Shown here: piece by piece, positions 11,575-21,890 of the stretch
Numbering within the stretch: the first letter of the stretch is position 1
How the letters are laid out: each line of letters starts with the position of its first letter
Notes under the pieces: generated by a model
Database searches by the model: none
Told to the model about the DNA's origin: nothing
Seen by the model: only the letters and a program-made list of their open reading frames with translations
Source of the DNA: Alphaproteobacteria bacterium
GTDB taxonomy: Bacteria > Pseudomonadota > Alphaproteobacteria > SHVV01
Direction: 5' to 3'
Assembly (NCBI GenBank): GCA_965261735.1
Contig: OZ253470.1
Coordinates: 4,256,001-4,320,000, forward strand
DNA: 64,000 nucleotides
Translations under genes and position numbers: made by a program

Positions 11575-12234
11575 ATGGCACTGCGAATCAATGACGAAGC
11601 GCCGGACTTCGTGGCCGAGACGACGGAAGGCACGATCAAGTTCCACGAGTGGATCGGCGATGGATGGGCGATCCTGTTTTCGCATCCGAAGGATTTCACG
11701 CCCGTGTGCACGACGGAGCTCGGCTACATGGCCGGCCTGAAGCCCGAGTTCGAGAAACGCAACTGCAAGATCCTCGGCCTCAGCGTCGATCCGGTGACCA
11801 ACCACGCCGAGTGGTCGAAGGACATCGAGGAAACGCAAGGCCACGCCGTCAACTATCCGCTGATCGGCGATCCCGAGCTCAAGACCGCGAAGCTCTTCGA
11901 CATGCTTCCGGCGGGCGCGGGGGACACGTCCGAGGGCAGGACGCCGGCCCATAACGCGACCGTGCGCTCGGTGTTCCTCATCGGGCCCGACAAGAAGATC
12001 AAGGCCATGCTGACCTACCCGATGAGCACCGGCCGAAATTTCGACGAGGTCCTTCGGCTGCTCGATTCCTGCCAGCTGACCGCCAAACACCAGGTCGCGA
12101 CACCGGTCAACTGGAAGCAGGGCGACGACGTCATCATCGTGCCCACGGTATCGGACGAGCAGGCCAAGGAAAAATACCCGGGCGGCTGGAAGGCCCCGAA
12201 ACCGTACCTGCGTATCGTGCCACAACCTAAGTAG
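11575..12234 (+). CDS. 1-Cys peroxiredoxin (Prx6 subfamily)
   Basis: FSHPKDFTPVCTTE, YPMSTGRNFDEVLR; GGAGGAG RBS. Confidence 0.95.
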   Translation: MALRINDEAPDFVAETTEGTIKFHEWIGDGWAILFSHPKDFTPVCTTELGYMAGLKPEFEKRNCKILGLSVDPVTNHAEWSKDIEETQGHAVNYPLIGDPELKTAKLFDMLPAGAGDTSEGRTPAHNATVRSVFLIGPDKKIKAMLTYPMSTGRNFDEVLRLLDSCQLTAKHQVATPVNWKQGDDVIIVPTVSDEQAKEKYPGGWKAPKPYLRIVPQPK

Positions 12235-12262
12235 GGGCCGCGGCTTGCGGGGCAGGCCGCGC

Positions 12263-12284
12263 GGGCGGGTTTTCGAACCCGCCC
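12263..12284. terminator. Hairpin between convergent genes, probable bidirectional terminator
   Basis: GGGCGGGTT-TTCG-AACCCGCCC: perfect 9-bp stem with TTCG loop; no U-tract. Confidence 0.5.
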
Positions 12285-12293
12285 CAGCCGTTG

Positions 12294-12728
12294 TTAGGCG
12301 CCCGGTGCGGCGCCCCAAGGCCACCAGCCGATGATGGCGCCCTTGACGACGAAGCTGATCAGGGTGTGCCCCGCAACGATCACGTGGCTCGCCACGCTGC
12401 GCAATTCGAAGAGCAGCGTCAGGCTGACGGCCGGGGCGGCGAAACCGATCCACACCAAAAGCCCGACCAGGGCGCCGCCGCCCAGTGTTCCGGCATCGGC
12501 CCAACCGATCGTCGCCGCCAACAGGACGGCCATGAGGAGCTGGAAGATCGCCGCCAGGACGTACAGCACCGGCTGGTTGGCGGCGCGAACTTCCTCCTCG
12601 GTCTTGCCGGCGGCTTTCATCCAGGCGTTGCCGACGACACCCGGCATGAAGTACACGGCACCGATCACCATCCCGACGACGGTGGCGACGACGACAGCGA
12701 CGTAGTTGACGTCCCATTCGAGCGACAC
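12294..12728 (-). CDS. DUF1761-like small membrane protein
   Basis: N-terminal VNYVAVVVATVVGMVIGAVYF...GNAWMKAAG and four hydrophobic segments. Confidence 0.75.
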   Translation of the reverse strand: MSLEWDVNYVAVVVATVVGMVIGAVYFMPGVVGNAWMKAAGKTEEEVRAANQPVLYVLAAIFQLLMAVLLAATIGWADAGTLGGGALVGLLVWIGFAAPAVSLTLLFELRSVASHVIVAGHTLISFVVKGAIIGWWPWGAAPGA

Positions 12729-13267
12729 GGCAGCCCCCCCCTTAGGCTAGCGACACGTGCATTCGGGGCCGGATTGTGCGCGGGAGTGCGCTGAGACTCA
12801 AGCAGTTAGGCGCTTTAGGCGTTTTCCGTCGCGCGCGCCTCGAATCCCGTCAGCTCGCAATAGTAGCGCCAGAATCCGCGCACCGGCACTTCGGTCAGGA
12901 TCGTGTCCTGGTCCTCGATCGGCCCGGTGGCGCCCACCTCGACAACCGAGTACGCGTGGCTGCCGGCATGGGCCCTGCGCTGTGCGAGGACGCCGGCCTC
13001 GCCGTCCTCCAGCGACACGAGGCACGCAGAGGTCCGACGAATTGGACCTGGCGCATCCGCGCCGCCCGAGGCGGCCGCTCGACTGGGTTTTGCTTGATAA
13101 TGAGTAGCGTTAACACGACATGACGAGTGGCGTTGACAGGACGCCCGGTCGCCGACATCCTGCGGCCGCCCGCAAGTCGCCGCCGACTTGCGGTCAGGAG
13201 CCGAACTTCGCGCGGTGTGGCTGTGCTTAAGGAATTCAACCGCCGCCATTCGGCACAAGGAGTGTGA

Positions 13268-14123
13268 ATGAGGAGAGGATCGCGCGCTGTTTGTCGGATT
13301 GACGGCGCTGGCGCTCATGGCGGGTGCGGCGCCTGCTGCGGTCGAGGAGCCCCCGGCCCAGGACTGTGACTGGCTCGCAGCCGCGCCGAGCGACGGTTTC
13401 GGCCGCGGGGTCCCGTTCAGCGAACTCGACGGCGATCGCGCCGTTGCTGCGTGCCGGACGGCGGTGAGGGAGCACCCCGACTCGCTGCGCCTCAAGGCCC
13501 ATTTGGGGCGCGCGCTCATCAAGGTCAGCGAGTTCGACGAGGCCCGCACCGTCCTCACCAAGGCGGCGCGCGATGGGCAACCAGGCGCGCAGGCCACCTT
13601 GGGCGCCATCTACTACTTTGCGATCGGAGTGGAGCGCGATTACGGGCGCGCACTCGACTGGTTCGAGAAGGCGGCCAAACAGGGCAACGCGGTGGCCGAG
13701 ACCAATCTTGGCGTCATGCATACCTTCGGCCCCGGTGTCCGATCGAACCCAGACCGCGCCGTCAGGTGGTTCACGAGCGCCGCCGAGAAGGGCCACCCCG
13801 ATGCCCAGGCCAACCTTGGCAACATGTACGAGAAAGGCGAGGGGCTCGGCCGCGACTACGAGGAGGCCGCGCGCTGATACAGCGCCTCGGCGCGGCAAGG
13901 CAATGCCAAGGGTCAAGTGAACCTCGCCCGTATGTACGAAGCCGGGACCGGCCTCGCGATCGACGAGGGCCGGGCGCTGTTCTGGTACGCGCTGGCGACG
14001 GAGTGGGGCGCGGGCGCGGTGCGCAATCTCGCGAGCGAAAGCGTCGACCGCCTAAAACGGTCGCTCGACGAAGACGAAGTGACGCGGATCTACGCGGAGG
14101 TCGCGGCCTGGAAGCCCGAGTAA
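13268..14123 (+). pseudogene. Sel1-repeat protein with signal peptide, premature TGA at 13875
   Basis: Repeated A.LG.MY..G.G...DY..A..W units; ARW codon TGG reads TGA and the frame continues to 14123; the ATG at 13268 is also out of frame. Confidence 0.8.
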
Positions 14124-14184
14124 CCTCCATCATTCGGAGCCACACCCGGGTGCCCGGTAATACGCGTCGCCGCGGCGCGAGCCC

Positions 14185-14757
14185 TCATCTTTGTCGGATG
14201 GCTTTGATCCGAGCATCGAGGACGGCGGCCGCCGCTTCCCGTCCCGTGTCGCGCAGCAGGGCCGCGTAGCCGGACAGGACGGTGGCGAGGCGCAGGTCGC
14301 GCTGGGCCGTCGTCTTTCCCAATATCGTGAGGGCGCGAATGTAGAGCATCTCGGCCTCGACGTGGCGGTCGCTGGCGCTGAGGAGATTCGCTATGTTGTT
14401 GAGGGTCGTAGCCACTCTCGGGTGGTTGTGCCCAAGCGTTCTTTCCTTGATGGTCAGTGCGCGCCTGTAGAGCTTTTCGGCCCGCGCGGGCTGGCCCAGC
14501 GCGTCACGAACGCGCGCCACGCTGTCGAGCACGGTGGCCGTGTTGGGATGCTCGGGGCCGAACTCGCGCTCGCTCAGCCGCAATGTGTATTCGGCGGCCG
14601 GCAGCCCGTTCCGGTAGTCGCGCTTGGCGTAGAGCGCCTCGGCCTGCGCATAGGCGGCCCTAAGCTGCGGCGATTGCGCTGGACTCGCGCCGGACCACAG
14701 AAGCACGCACGCCCACACTACCAGCCATCGGGTGTGTGTCGCACAGTTCCCAGCCAT
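14185..14757 (-). CDS. Secreted tetratricopeptide-repeat protein (kinesin light chain-like TPR)
   Basis: Signal-like N-terminus; GPEHPNTATVL and GHNHPRVATTLNNIA repeats. Confidence 0.8.
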   Translation of the reverse strand: MAGNCATHTRWLVVWACVLLWSGASPAQSPQLRAAYAQAEALYAKRDYRNGLPAAEYTLRLSEREFGPEHPNTATVLDSVARVRDALGQPARAEKLYRRALTIKERTLGHNHPRVATTLNNIANLLSASDRHVEAEMLYIRALTILGKTTAQRDLRLATVLSGYAALLRDTGREAAAAVLDARIKAIRQR

Positions 14758-14869
14758 CGCCCGAGCCGTGACCTCGGTAGCACCTAAATCGATTGCTCTG
14801 CCACGACACCTGCAGCCTAGCACAAAATACAACCTGCTTATCCGTGACACTCCGCCTGTGGGGATGTAT

Positions 14870-14884
14870 GTTCTCAATATGTTC
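14870..14884 (+). promoter_or_regulatory. Alphaproteobacterial LexA (SOS) box inside the IS left end
   Basis: GTTC-TCAATAT-GTTC matches GTTC-N7-GTTC, 21 bp upstream of the transposase ATG; same site at 31908-31922. Confidence 0.6.
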
Positions 14885-14905
14885 TGTATGAGGGGGGTCA
14901 CGGTT

Positions 14906-15841
14906 ATGGGGTTCAAGGTTGCATCGCGCGTGCGTGGTCTGAACGACGAGGCGTTTCGGGAGGCCTTCGGCACCAAGGAGCAGTGCCGCGCGGCGCTGGT
15001 CCGGCTGCGCTGGCCGGGCGGCTTCGTCTGCCCCTGCTGCGGCCATCGGGAGCATTGCGTGTTGGCGGGTCGGGGTCTCTATCAATGCAACCGGTGCAAG
15101 AAGCAGACATCGCCCACGGCGGGCACGATCTTCCACGCGACCAAGCTGCCGCTGACAGTCTGGTTTGCCGCCATCCACCTGATCGTGACGGCGAAGAACG
15201 GCATCTCGTCGGTGGAACTCGGCCGCCGTCTCGGGGTCAAGCAGCCGACGGCCTGGGCCGTGAAGCACAAGATCATGGCGGTGATGGCGCGGCGCGAGGG
15301 GGAGACGGCGCTTACGGGGCGGGTCGAGATGGACGACGCCTATCTCGGCGGGGTGCGCTCCGGCGGCAAGCGGGGCCGCGGCGTGGCGGGCAAAACGCCC
15401 TTCGTGGCGGCGGTCTCGACCAGTCCCGAGGGGCGCCCGCGCAAGCTGAAGCTGGCGCCGGTCAAGGGCTTCCGCAAGCGCGAGATCGCGCGCGGCGCCA
15501 AGCACTGGCTGGCCCCCGGCGCGGCGGTTGTGACGGACCGCCTGGGCTGCTGGAGCGCACTCGAAGAAGCCGCCTGCAGCCACCAGGCGATCCGCACCGG
15601 GTCGGGCCGCCAGGCGGCCCGCATGGCATCGTTCAAATGGGTGAACACGACGCTCGGCAACATCAAAAGCGCGATCACCGGGACTTATCGCAAGCTCGGC
15701 CCCGACCATGCCGGACGCTATCTCGCCAGCTTCGCCTGGCGCTACAACCGGCGCTATCAACTCCAGACAATGATCCCGCGTTTCGTCCATAGCGCCGCAC
15801 GAAACCAGCCCATGCCCTATCGCCTCCTCATCGCCGGATGA
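14906..15841 (+). CDS. IS1595-family transposase
   Basis: CPCC...CNRC zinc ribbon, GTIFHATKLPL, VEMDDAY, VVTD. Confidence 0.93.
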   Translation: MGFKVASRVRGLNDEAFREAFGTKEQCRAALVRLRWPGGFVCPCCGHREHCVLAGRGLYQCNRCKKQTSPTAGTIFHATKLPLTVWFAAIHLIVTAKNGISSVELGRRLGVKQPTAWAVKHKIMAVMARREGETALTGRVEMDDAYLGGVRSGGKRGRGVAGKTPFVAAVSTSPEGRPRKLKLAPVKGFRKREIARGAKHWLAPGAAVVTDRLGCWSALEEAACSHQAIRTGSGRQAARMASFKWVNTTLGNIKSAITGTYRKLGPDHAGRYLASFAWRYNRRYQLQTMIPRFVHSAARNQPMPYRLLIAG

Positions 15842-16250
15842 CTTTCAGGGATAAGCAGGAAATACAATGCACATCATTCGCAGGACCTGCGTGAGGCCCG
15901 TGTCGGGGAAAATTCAATGGCTTGTCAGGATTAACTCACCTACGCGGTAGGAGCGCGAACCATGCCTTGCCCGACGAACGCCTCACATCGCCACTACGAA
16001 AGCATTGCCCGTGAACGCCGCGACGATACATATGACCACGCCGCCCGTTTCCCGAACCTCGCCAGCTTTCGAGCGGCTCTGGTTGGCCAAATCACGGCCG
16101 GACTACCGGCGAAAATCATAGCGCGCGCACTTCGACGCCCGCGCGGCCTCACCCTCGCCCGGTCCCGGCCTCGCCTGCTTGACACGGCGCCGCGTAAGGG
16201 CCGACATTAAGATAAAGCGCTAAACCTCAATGCACACGGAGGTGGAGACG

Positions 16251-17258
16251 ATGGCAGTTCAAACCCAGGAAGCGCTGGCGGTTCGCTTCTCTCCACGGCG
16301 GCTCGGCCATACCAACCTGTTCGTCGGCGAACTCGCTCGCGCGATGGACTTCTACAGCAGGGTCGCCGGCTTCCAGGAGGTGTTCCGCATTCCCCACAAC
16401 AACGCGGGCTTCGTCTCCAACGGCAACACCCATCACGATCTCGGCCTGGTGACCTCGTCCGATCGACCGCGGCTCGGCACCGACTGTAAGCCGCTGCCCT
16501 CGCACGGGCGTTCGATGCAACCCGGGCTCAATCACCTCGGCTGGGAGCTCGAGAACGAGAAGCAGCTGGTCGAAGCCTACCGCCGTGCGCAGGCCCTCGG
16601 CTACCCGCTGCACCGGCTCATCGACCATCAGCTGTCGCACAGCATTTACCTGTTCGATCCGGACGGCCACCAGCACGAGATGTACGCCGACATCATCCAG
16701 GACTGGCGCTCGTTCTTCGATAGCCAGGACAGCCGGCCAGTCACCGGCAGCTGGGACCCCGAGGCCGCCGAGCCCCTCACTGAGCCCCGCTATACGGCAA
16801 ACGCACCGCTGCGCAGGGTGGACGATGCGCTCGTGCATTCGCTCCGCATCACGCATGTCGTGTTCATGACCCGCGACCACGAGGGCATGGTGGACTTCTT
16901 CACCGACGTTGCCGGCCTCGAACCGGTGTTCGAGGCCCCCGACGACGGGTTCGCCTGCTTCGCCGGCAGCGGCGCCGGCTACGCCTGCGACGTGGCGCTG
17001 TTTCGCCAGCCGCCCGGTACGGGGCCTGCGATCCACCATCATAGCTACCAGGTCGACGGCGAGGCCGAGCTAGGACGGGCGGAGGCCGCGCTGATCGAAG
17101 CGGGTATCGCGATCGAGAGGAAGGTCGACAACGCGGGCAAGCTTAGCCTGTTCGTCATGGACCCCGACGAGTTGCGCTGCGAGTTCTACGTCGCGCGGAA
17201 GCCCGACTTCGGCGCGGCCGCGGCCGCGCCGGCCGAGGAGCAGCCGTTCCTCGTTTAG
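16251..17258 (+). CDS. Two-domain VOC family protein (extradiol dioxygenase/glyoxalase-like)
   Basis: RRLGHTNL, HHDLGL, LNHLGWE, YLFDPDG..EMY; start may be 16230. Confidence 0.85.
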   Translation: MAVQTQEALAVRFSPRRLGHTNLFVGELARAMDFYSRVAGFQEVFRIPHNNAGFVSNGNTHHDLGLVTSSDRPRLGTDCKPLPSHGRSMQPGLNHLGWELENEKQLVEAYRRAQALGYPLHRLIDHQLSHSIYLFDPDGHQHEMYADIIQDWRSFFDSQDSRPVTGSWDPEAAEPLTEPRYTANAPLRRVDDALVHSLRITHVVFMTRDHEGMVDFFTDVAGLEPVFEAPDDGFACFAGSGAGYACDVALFRQPPGTGPAIHHHSYQVDGEAELGRAEAALIEAGIAIERKVDNAGKLSLFVMDPDELRCEFYVARKPDFGAAAAAPAEEQPFLV

Positions 17259-17306
17259 GGCAAGATCAGCAGGCTCGCGTCGGCACCTATTGGAGGGGCT
17301 TTGAAA

Positions 17307-18320
17307 ATGGCGGTTGACGTAGATCTAGGCACGGATGCGGCGGTTAAATTTGCCACCCGCCGGGTTGGACACACGAACCTGTTCGTCGCCGAGCTCGCCC
17401 GCTCGATGCAGTTCTATGGCGGCGTCGCGGGTTTCGAGGAGGTGTTCACGGAGCCCGCGATCATCGCCGGCTTCCTGTCGAATGGTAATACCCACCACGA
17501 CCTCGGCCTGATCCAGTGCCGGGAGGGTGACATCATCGGCAAGGGCGGCCGTCGGCACACCTCGAGCGGCCGCGCGATGCAACCGGGGCTCAACCATCTA
17601 GGCTGGGAGACCGAGAACGAGAAGCTGCTGGTCGAGGCGTACGATCGGGCGGTCGCCGCCGGCGTCAACATCCGCGGCTGCACCGATCACCAATCCTCGC
17701 ACAGCATCTATACGTTCGACCCCGATGGATTCGTGCACGAGTACTACGCCGACATGCTCCCCGACTGGCGCTCTTTCTTCAACAACAGCGCCGGCAGCCT
17801 GATCTCGGGAACCTGGGACCCGCACGCCGGAACGCCCACGACAAAGACGGCGTACCCCGTCGATCCCGAGATCCGCCCGGCGCAGGGCGCCCTCATTCCC
17901 TCGCAGCGCTTCACGCACGCGGTCTTTGTCACGCGCCAGCACGAAGCGATGGTGGCCTTCCACCGGGACGTTGCCGGCCTCCGCGTGGTCCACGAATCCA
18001 AGGCGGGCGACTTCATCTGCCTCGCCGGCTCGCACACCAACTTCGCCTGCGATCTCGTCCTGTTCAAGGGCGAGCCCGACCGCGCGGCGTCGGTGCACCA
18101 CTACAGCTATCAGTTGGCCAGTGAGCCCGAGCTCGATGCGGCTGAGCGCGCGATCGAGAAGGCCCGCATCGTGATCGAGAAGCGAATCGACTGCGCGCTC
18201 AAGCGCAGCTTCTTCATCCCCGATCCGGACGGCATCCGGTGCGAGTTCTACGTGGCTCGCGCGCCTGAGTTCGACTTCGTCGAGGAGGCCGAGCCGGCGT
18301 TGCGCCCCTACCTCGTGTAA
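17307..18320 (+). CDS. Two-domain VOC family protein, paralog of the upstream gene
   Basis: Same motifs, collinear with 16251..17258. Confidence 0.85.
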   Translation: MAVDVDLGTDAAVKFATRRVGHTNLFVAELARSMQFYGGVAGFEEVFTEPAIIAGFLSNGNTHHDLGLIQCREGDIIGKGGRRHTSSGRAMQPGLNHLGWETENEKLLVEAYDRAVAAGVNIRGCTDHQSSHSIYTFDPDGFVHEYYADMLPDWRSFFNNSAGSLISGTWDPHAGTPTTKTAYPVDPEIRPAQGALIPSQRFTHAVFVTRQHEAMVAFHRDVAGLRVVHESKAGDFICLAGSHTNFACDLVLFKGEPDRAASVHHYSYQLASEPELDAAERAIEKARIVIEKRIDCALKRSFFIPDPDGIRCEFYVARAPEFDFVEEAEPALRPYLV

Positions 18321-18332
18321 GGCCGAACGAAC

Positions 18333-19438
18333 CTTGCCTATCCGGTTTACACCCACACCCACTAGGGCTAGAATGGGCGCAACCCGGATATAGGGGAGCG
18401 CGCCATGGATGTTCTCGACCGCGCCGATCTCCCATTCCCGCATTCGCTACCCGAGTTCCAGCGACTTTTCCCCGATGATGCGGCCTGCGCCGCCTACCTG
18501 GAGAAAGCCCGCTGGGGAGACGGCTTTGCCTGCCCGCACTGCGGCACGGCGGGAGAGCCGTTCCACTTTGAAAACCGCCCTGGCGTCCTGCGCTGCCGCA
18601 AGTGCCGCCAGAACACCGGGCTGACGGTGGGAACAGTGATGGAGCGTAGCCACACTCCGCTGAACGTCTGGTTCTGGGCCGCTTATCTGGTCGCCAGTCA
18701 GACGCCCGGCATGTCCGCCGTGCAGTTTCAGCGGCAACTTGGTCTTTCGCGCTACGAGACGGCCTTTCAAATTCTCCACAAGCTCCGCTCGGGCATGGTG
18801 CGGCCCAACCAAGACAGGATCGGTGGACAGCCCAAGAACCATGTTGAGGTGGACGAAACCTGGGTTGGCGGGCGAACGCGTGGGGAAGGCCGTGGTGTTC
18901 ACCACAAGGTTCCCGTCTCCTGTGCCATCGAGGTGCGTCATCGAAAGCCGGGCACCAAGCTCGACAACCGGAAAGACGGACGCTATGCCGGACGCGTTCG
19001 GCTCGCCGTCGTGCTCGACCGTAGCGCCGAGTCGCTCTGTGGGTTCGTCGAGAGCACCGTCGCGCCGCGATCGCTGATCGTTACTGACGATTGGAGCGGC
19101 TATGCTGGCCTCGGTAAGCGCGGCTATGAGCACTTCGCTGTTGCCGAGTGTGGTGATCCAGAGGTTGCCGAGCAATACCTGCCGATCATCCATCTGGTTT
19201 TCGCCAACCTGAAGACGTGGCTGATCGGTATCTCACCACGGCGTTAGCCACCAGCACCTACAAGCCTACCTCAACGAGTTCACCTTCCGCTTCAACAGGC
19301 GGTTCTACCCGTTCAACGCCTTCCGCTCATTGCTCGGCATCGCGGGCGACACCTCTGCTCCAACCTATGCCGAGCTTTACTCGGGAGAGTGGCGGCACCC
19401 TACATGTAGCGGTCATGGGCGTTAACCGGATAGGCAAG
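18333..19438 (+). mobile_element. IS1595-family type A, full length, transposase frameshifted near 19231
   Basis: Both IRs present; one extra T relative to the 30799 copy; no TSD. Confidence 0.93.
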
Positions 19439-19486
19439 AAACTCCCTTCCAGCGGACACAAACATAGGAAGGGTGATTACGATGGA

Positions 19487-20880
19487 GGTTGTGTCTCGAA
19501 AGTGGTGGAAATTGGTTTTGGCGCCTCTCCGAGCGGGTTGAGTTTTGCGGCGGTCAGGCTGCGCGGTCAAGGGTTTCGTCGGCGATTAGCTGATCGAGGG
19601 TTTCCCATCCATCGACTTTGCGCATCTGGATTTGGCCGGAAGCGAGGAGTGCCCAGAGGAGCATCGGCACTGTTTCGGGACACGGCAGCACGGTCTGTGT
19701 TTTGATCCGGCGCTTGAACTCCTCGTTGAGACGCTCAATGGCGTTGGTCGTTCGGGCTGATTTCCATTGGCTCTTGGACAGGCGCGTGAAGGTAAAGAGC
19801 TTGTCGCCCGCTTCTGCGAGGCTGTCCGCGACGGCCCTGCATTTCAGCCGCCACTTGCGGACAAACGCCTTGCGGCGGGTTTCCACCTCGGAGGCAGTGT
19901 CGGCATAGATCATATCGCGGTAATCTTCGCTCAGCTCGTCATGCATGTGTTTGGGAGCATGACCCAGAAGGTTGCGGTGCTTGTGCACGGTGCAGCGTTG
20001 AACGGGAAGGTCATCGCCCCAAAGCGCCGACAGAGCCGCCTCCAGTCCCGGCGCGCCATCGACGATGACAAACCCGGGCCGTTTCAGTCCACGCGCATCA
20101 AGGTCGTCGAGGAACTGGCGCCACGCCGCCTGGCTTTCTCCGCCCATATTCCCGATCGAAAGCAAGACCTTCTGGCCATCCCGGCGCACCCCTATAGCCG
20201 CGAGAACCGAGATGTTGGTGGCCTTGCGGTCCAGTCGGGTCTTGATCACAGTGCCGTCAAGGATCAGCCGAACGATATCCTCATCCGCGAGGCCACGGCT
20301 GCACCAGGCGTCCCAATCGACCTTCACCTTGCGCCACGCCCGGCTCACAACGTCCTTGCTCACAGCACCCCGGAAGAGCCCGAACAGCGCGCGTTTCACC
20401 CGCCGCGTGTTGGTTCCGGACAGATACACCGAAGCGATCAGCGCCTCGGCCTTTCTGGTCAGCCGCTGGTAGCGCGGCAGCGCCCGCGAACGCCATTCCG
20501 ACGCCCGACCGTCTTCCTCAACGATCCGCGCACGCGGCACGCTCACCCTCTCGGTCCCGAATGTCCCCGTCAGTTGCCGCTCCCGGTGCCCGTTCCGATA
20601 CCCTTGCCGAAGCGCGTCCTCTCGACCGTATCGGCAGCGCCCGAGAAACTGCGCAAGTTCCTCCTCAAAAACGGCCTCGATCGTGGATCTGATGTTCTCC
20701 CGCAGCCGGTCCTCGAGCGGATCATAGCCGGCGTCATTGGCCAGTAGCGAAAGCGCGGAAGTCTCGGTAGTGTTCTTCATGGCGTGATCTCCTTGGCGGT
20801 GCTAGCCGCCGATTGGGTGGTTGTCTTGTCACCCGGAGATTACGCCATCCTCAAATTTCCACCACTTTCGAGACACAGCC
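19487..20880 (-). mobile_element. IS256-family element, complete
   Basis: IRs GGTTGTGTCTCGAAAGTGGTGGAAATT / AATTTCCACCACTTTCGAGACACAGCC; 8-bp TSD ACGATGGA. Confidence 0.95.
19554..20780 (-). CDS. IS256-family (mutator) transposase
   Basis: GYRNGHR, LILDG, IVDGAPGL, QRCTVHK, RTTNAIERLNEEFKRR. Confidence 0.95.
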   Translation of the reverse strand: MKNTTETSALSLLANDAGYDPLEDRLRENIRSTIEAVFEEELAQFLGRCRYGREDALRQGYRNGHRERQLTGTFGTERVSVPRARIVEEDGRASEWRSRALPRYQRLTRKAEALIASVYLSGTNTRRVKRALFGLFRGAVSKDVVSRAWRKVKVDWDAWCSRGLADEDIVRLILDGTVIKTRLDRKATNISVLAAIGVRRDGQKVLLSIGNMGGESQAAWRQFLDDLDARGLKRPGFVIVDGAPGLEAALSALWGDDLPVQRCTVHKHRNLLGHAPKHMHDELSEDYRDMIYADTASEVETRRKAFVRKWRLKCRAVADSLAEAGDKLFTFTRLSKSQWKSARTTNAIERLNEEFKRRIKTQTVLPCPETVPMLLWALLASGQIQMRKVDGWETLDQLIADETLDRAA

Positions 20881-20989
20881 ACGATGGACGGCGTAGGATT
20901 CTCCCCCTCGGTGTCGAGGAAGGCCGGGCCACGGCCGACGGAGCAATTTCGATAGACACAGAGTATCGCGTCGGGTGAGGTTGGGTCAC

Positions 20990-21478
20990 ATGCTGAGAAT
21001 ATTGGTCATCCTGATCATTGGCGGTGTCATCGGCGCCGGTATCGGATTCGCCGGTGGCTTATTCGTTTATCCCTATATATTTTTAGCTGACGTCGTCGCT
21101 AACGAAACGTTGGATGCGTCCAATCGCCAGGCCGTGGCGGATGGCACTTTCATCCACGCAAATCCGTCGGATCCGGTTCATTATGGCAAAGGGCCGGTGA
21201 CCGTATTTCGCGATCTCGTGCGAATTGAAAATGGGTTCGAGGTCGGCCCTGGTCCAAAATACCACGTCTATCTGGTCAAGAAGAAGGACGTCAAGAATTC
21301 GAGCGACGTCAAGGATGCCGAATTCAAGGACCTTGGACGACTTCGCGCATTTCGCGGCAGCCAGAACTATCCGATCCCCGAGGGCGTTAATCCCCGCGAC
21401 TATGCCAGCGTCGTAATCTGGTGTGAGACGTTTGGCGTCTTGATCTCGCCCGCCAGCCTGACCTTCAAGGGAAGCTGA
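20990..21478 (+). CDS. DM13-domain membrane-anchored protein
   Basis: N-terminal TM; GPGPKYHVYL, DLGRLRAFRGSQNY, SVVIWCETF. Confidence 0.85.
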   Translation: MLRILVILIIGGVIGAGIGFAGGLFVYPYIFLADVVANETLDASNRQAVADGTFIHANPSDPVHYGKGPVTVFRDLVRIENGFEVGPGPKYHVYLVKKKDVKNSSDVKDAEFKDLGRLRAFRGSQNYPIPEGVNPRDYASVVIWCETFGVLISPASLTFKGS

Positions 21479-21510
21479 TTCGGCGGTGGACTAGCTGGGA
21501 TGACGCCTGT

Positions 21511-21890
21511 CCCTGTCCCTCTCATTTATTCCATCTATCGCAGAAACCTTGGAATTTTTCATCACCACCGGATACCCTTTCCGGCATGCATAAGATCATC
21601 GAAATCTTCGTGGGCCGCGCGGCACTCCACACAGAAATCCTTGCCCTGCGATAGCAGGTTGCCCCTTCCATTTATTCCATCGGACATCCGAAGCGATGGC
21701 CGGGACCTTTTCCGCTTCAGGACGGCTCCCTGCTGGCGGAGGGCAAGAAGTTCTGTGTGACGACCGACGAAGAGTTTGCGGAAGACGGTGGGGGGGGGTC
21801 GATGATCTTATGCATGTCGGAAAGGGTATCCGGTGGTGATGAAAAATCCCAAGGTTTCTGCCGCAGATGGAATAAATGGGAGGGACAGGG
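21511..21890. repeat. Inverted pair of MITE-like units forming a ~380-bp quasi-palindrome
   Basis: 92-bp arms 21511-21602 and 21799-21890 with about 6 mismatches; internal third copy of the CATTTATTCCATC terminus at ~21662; related copy at 45270-45465. Confidence 0.8.

Larger units (their letters stand above)
14833..15859 (+). mobile_element. IS1595-family element type B, complete
   Basis: IRs CCTGCTTATCC/GGATAAGCAGG; 8-bp TSD AAATACAA at 14825-14832 and 15860-15867. Confidence 0.95.

Noticed and set aside
16179-16210. Sigma70 promoter for the VOC genes (TTGACA at 16179)
   Set aside because: Good -35 but no convincing -10 at the right spacing
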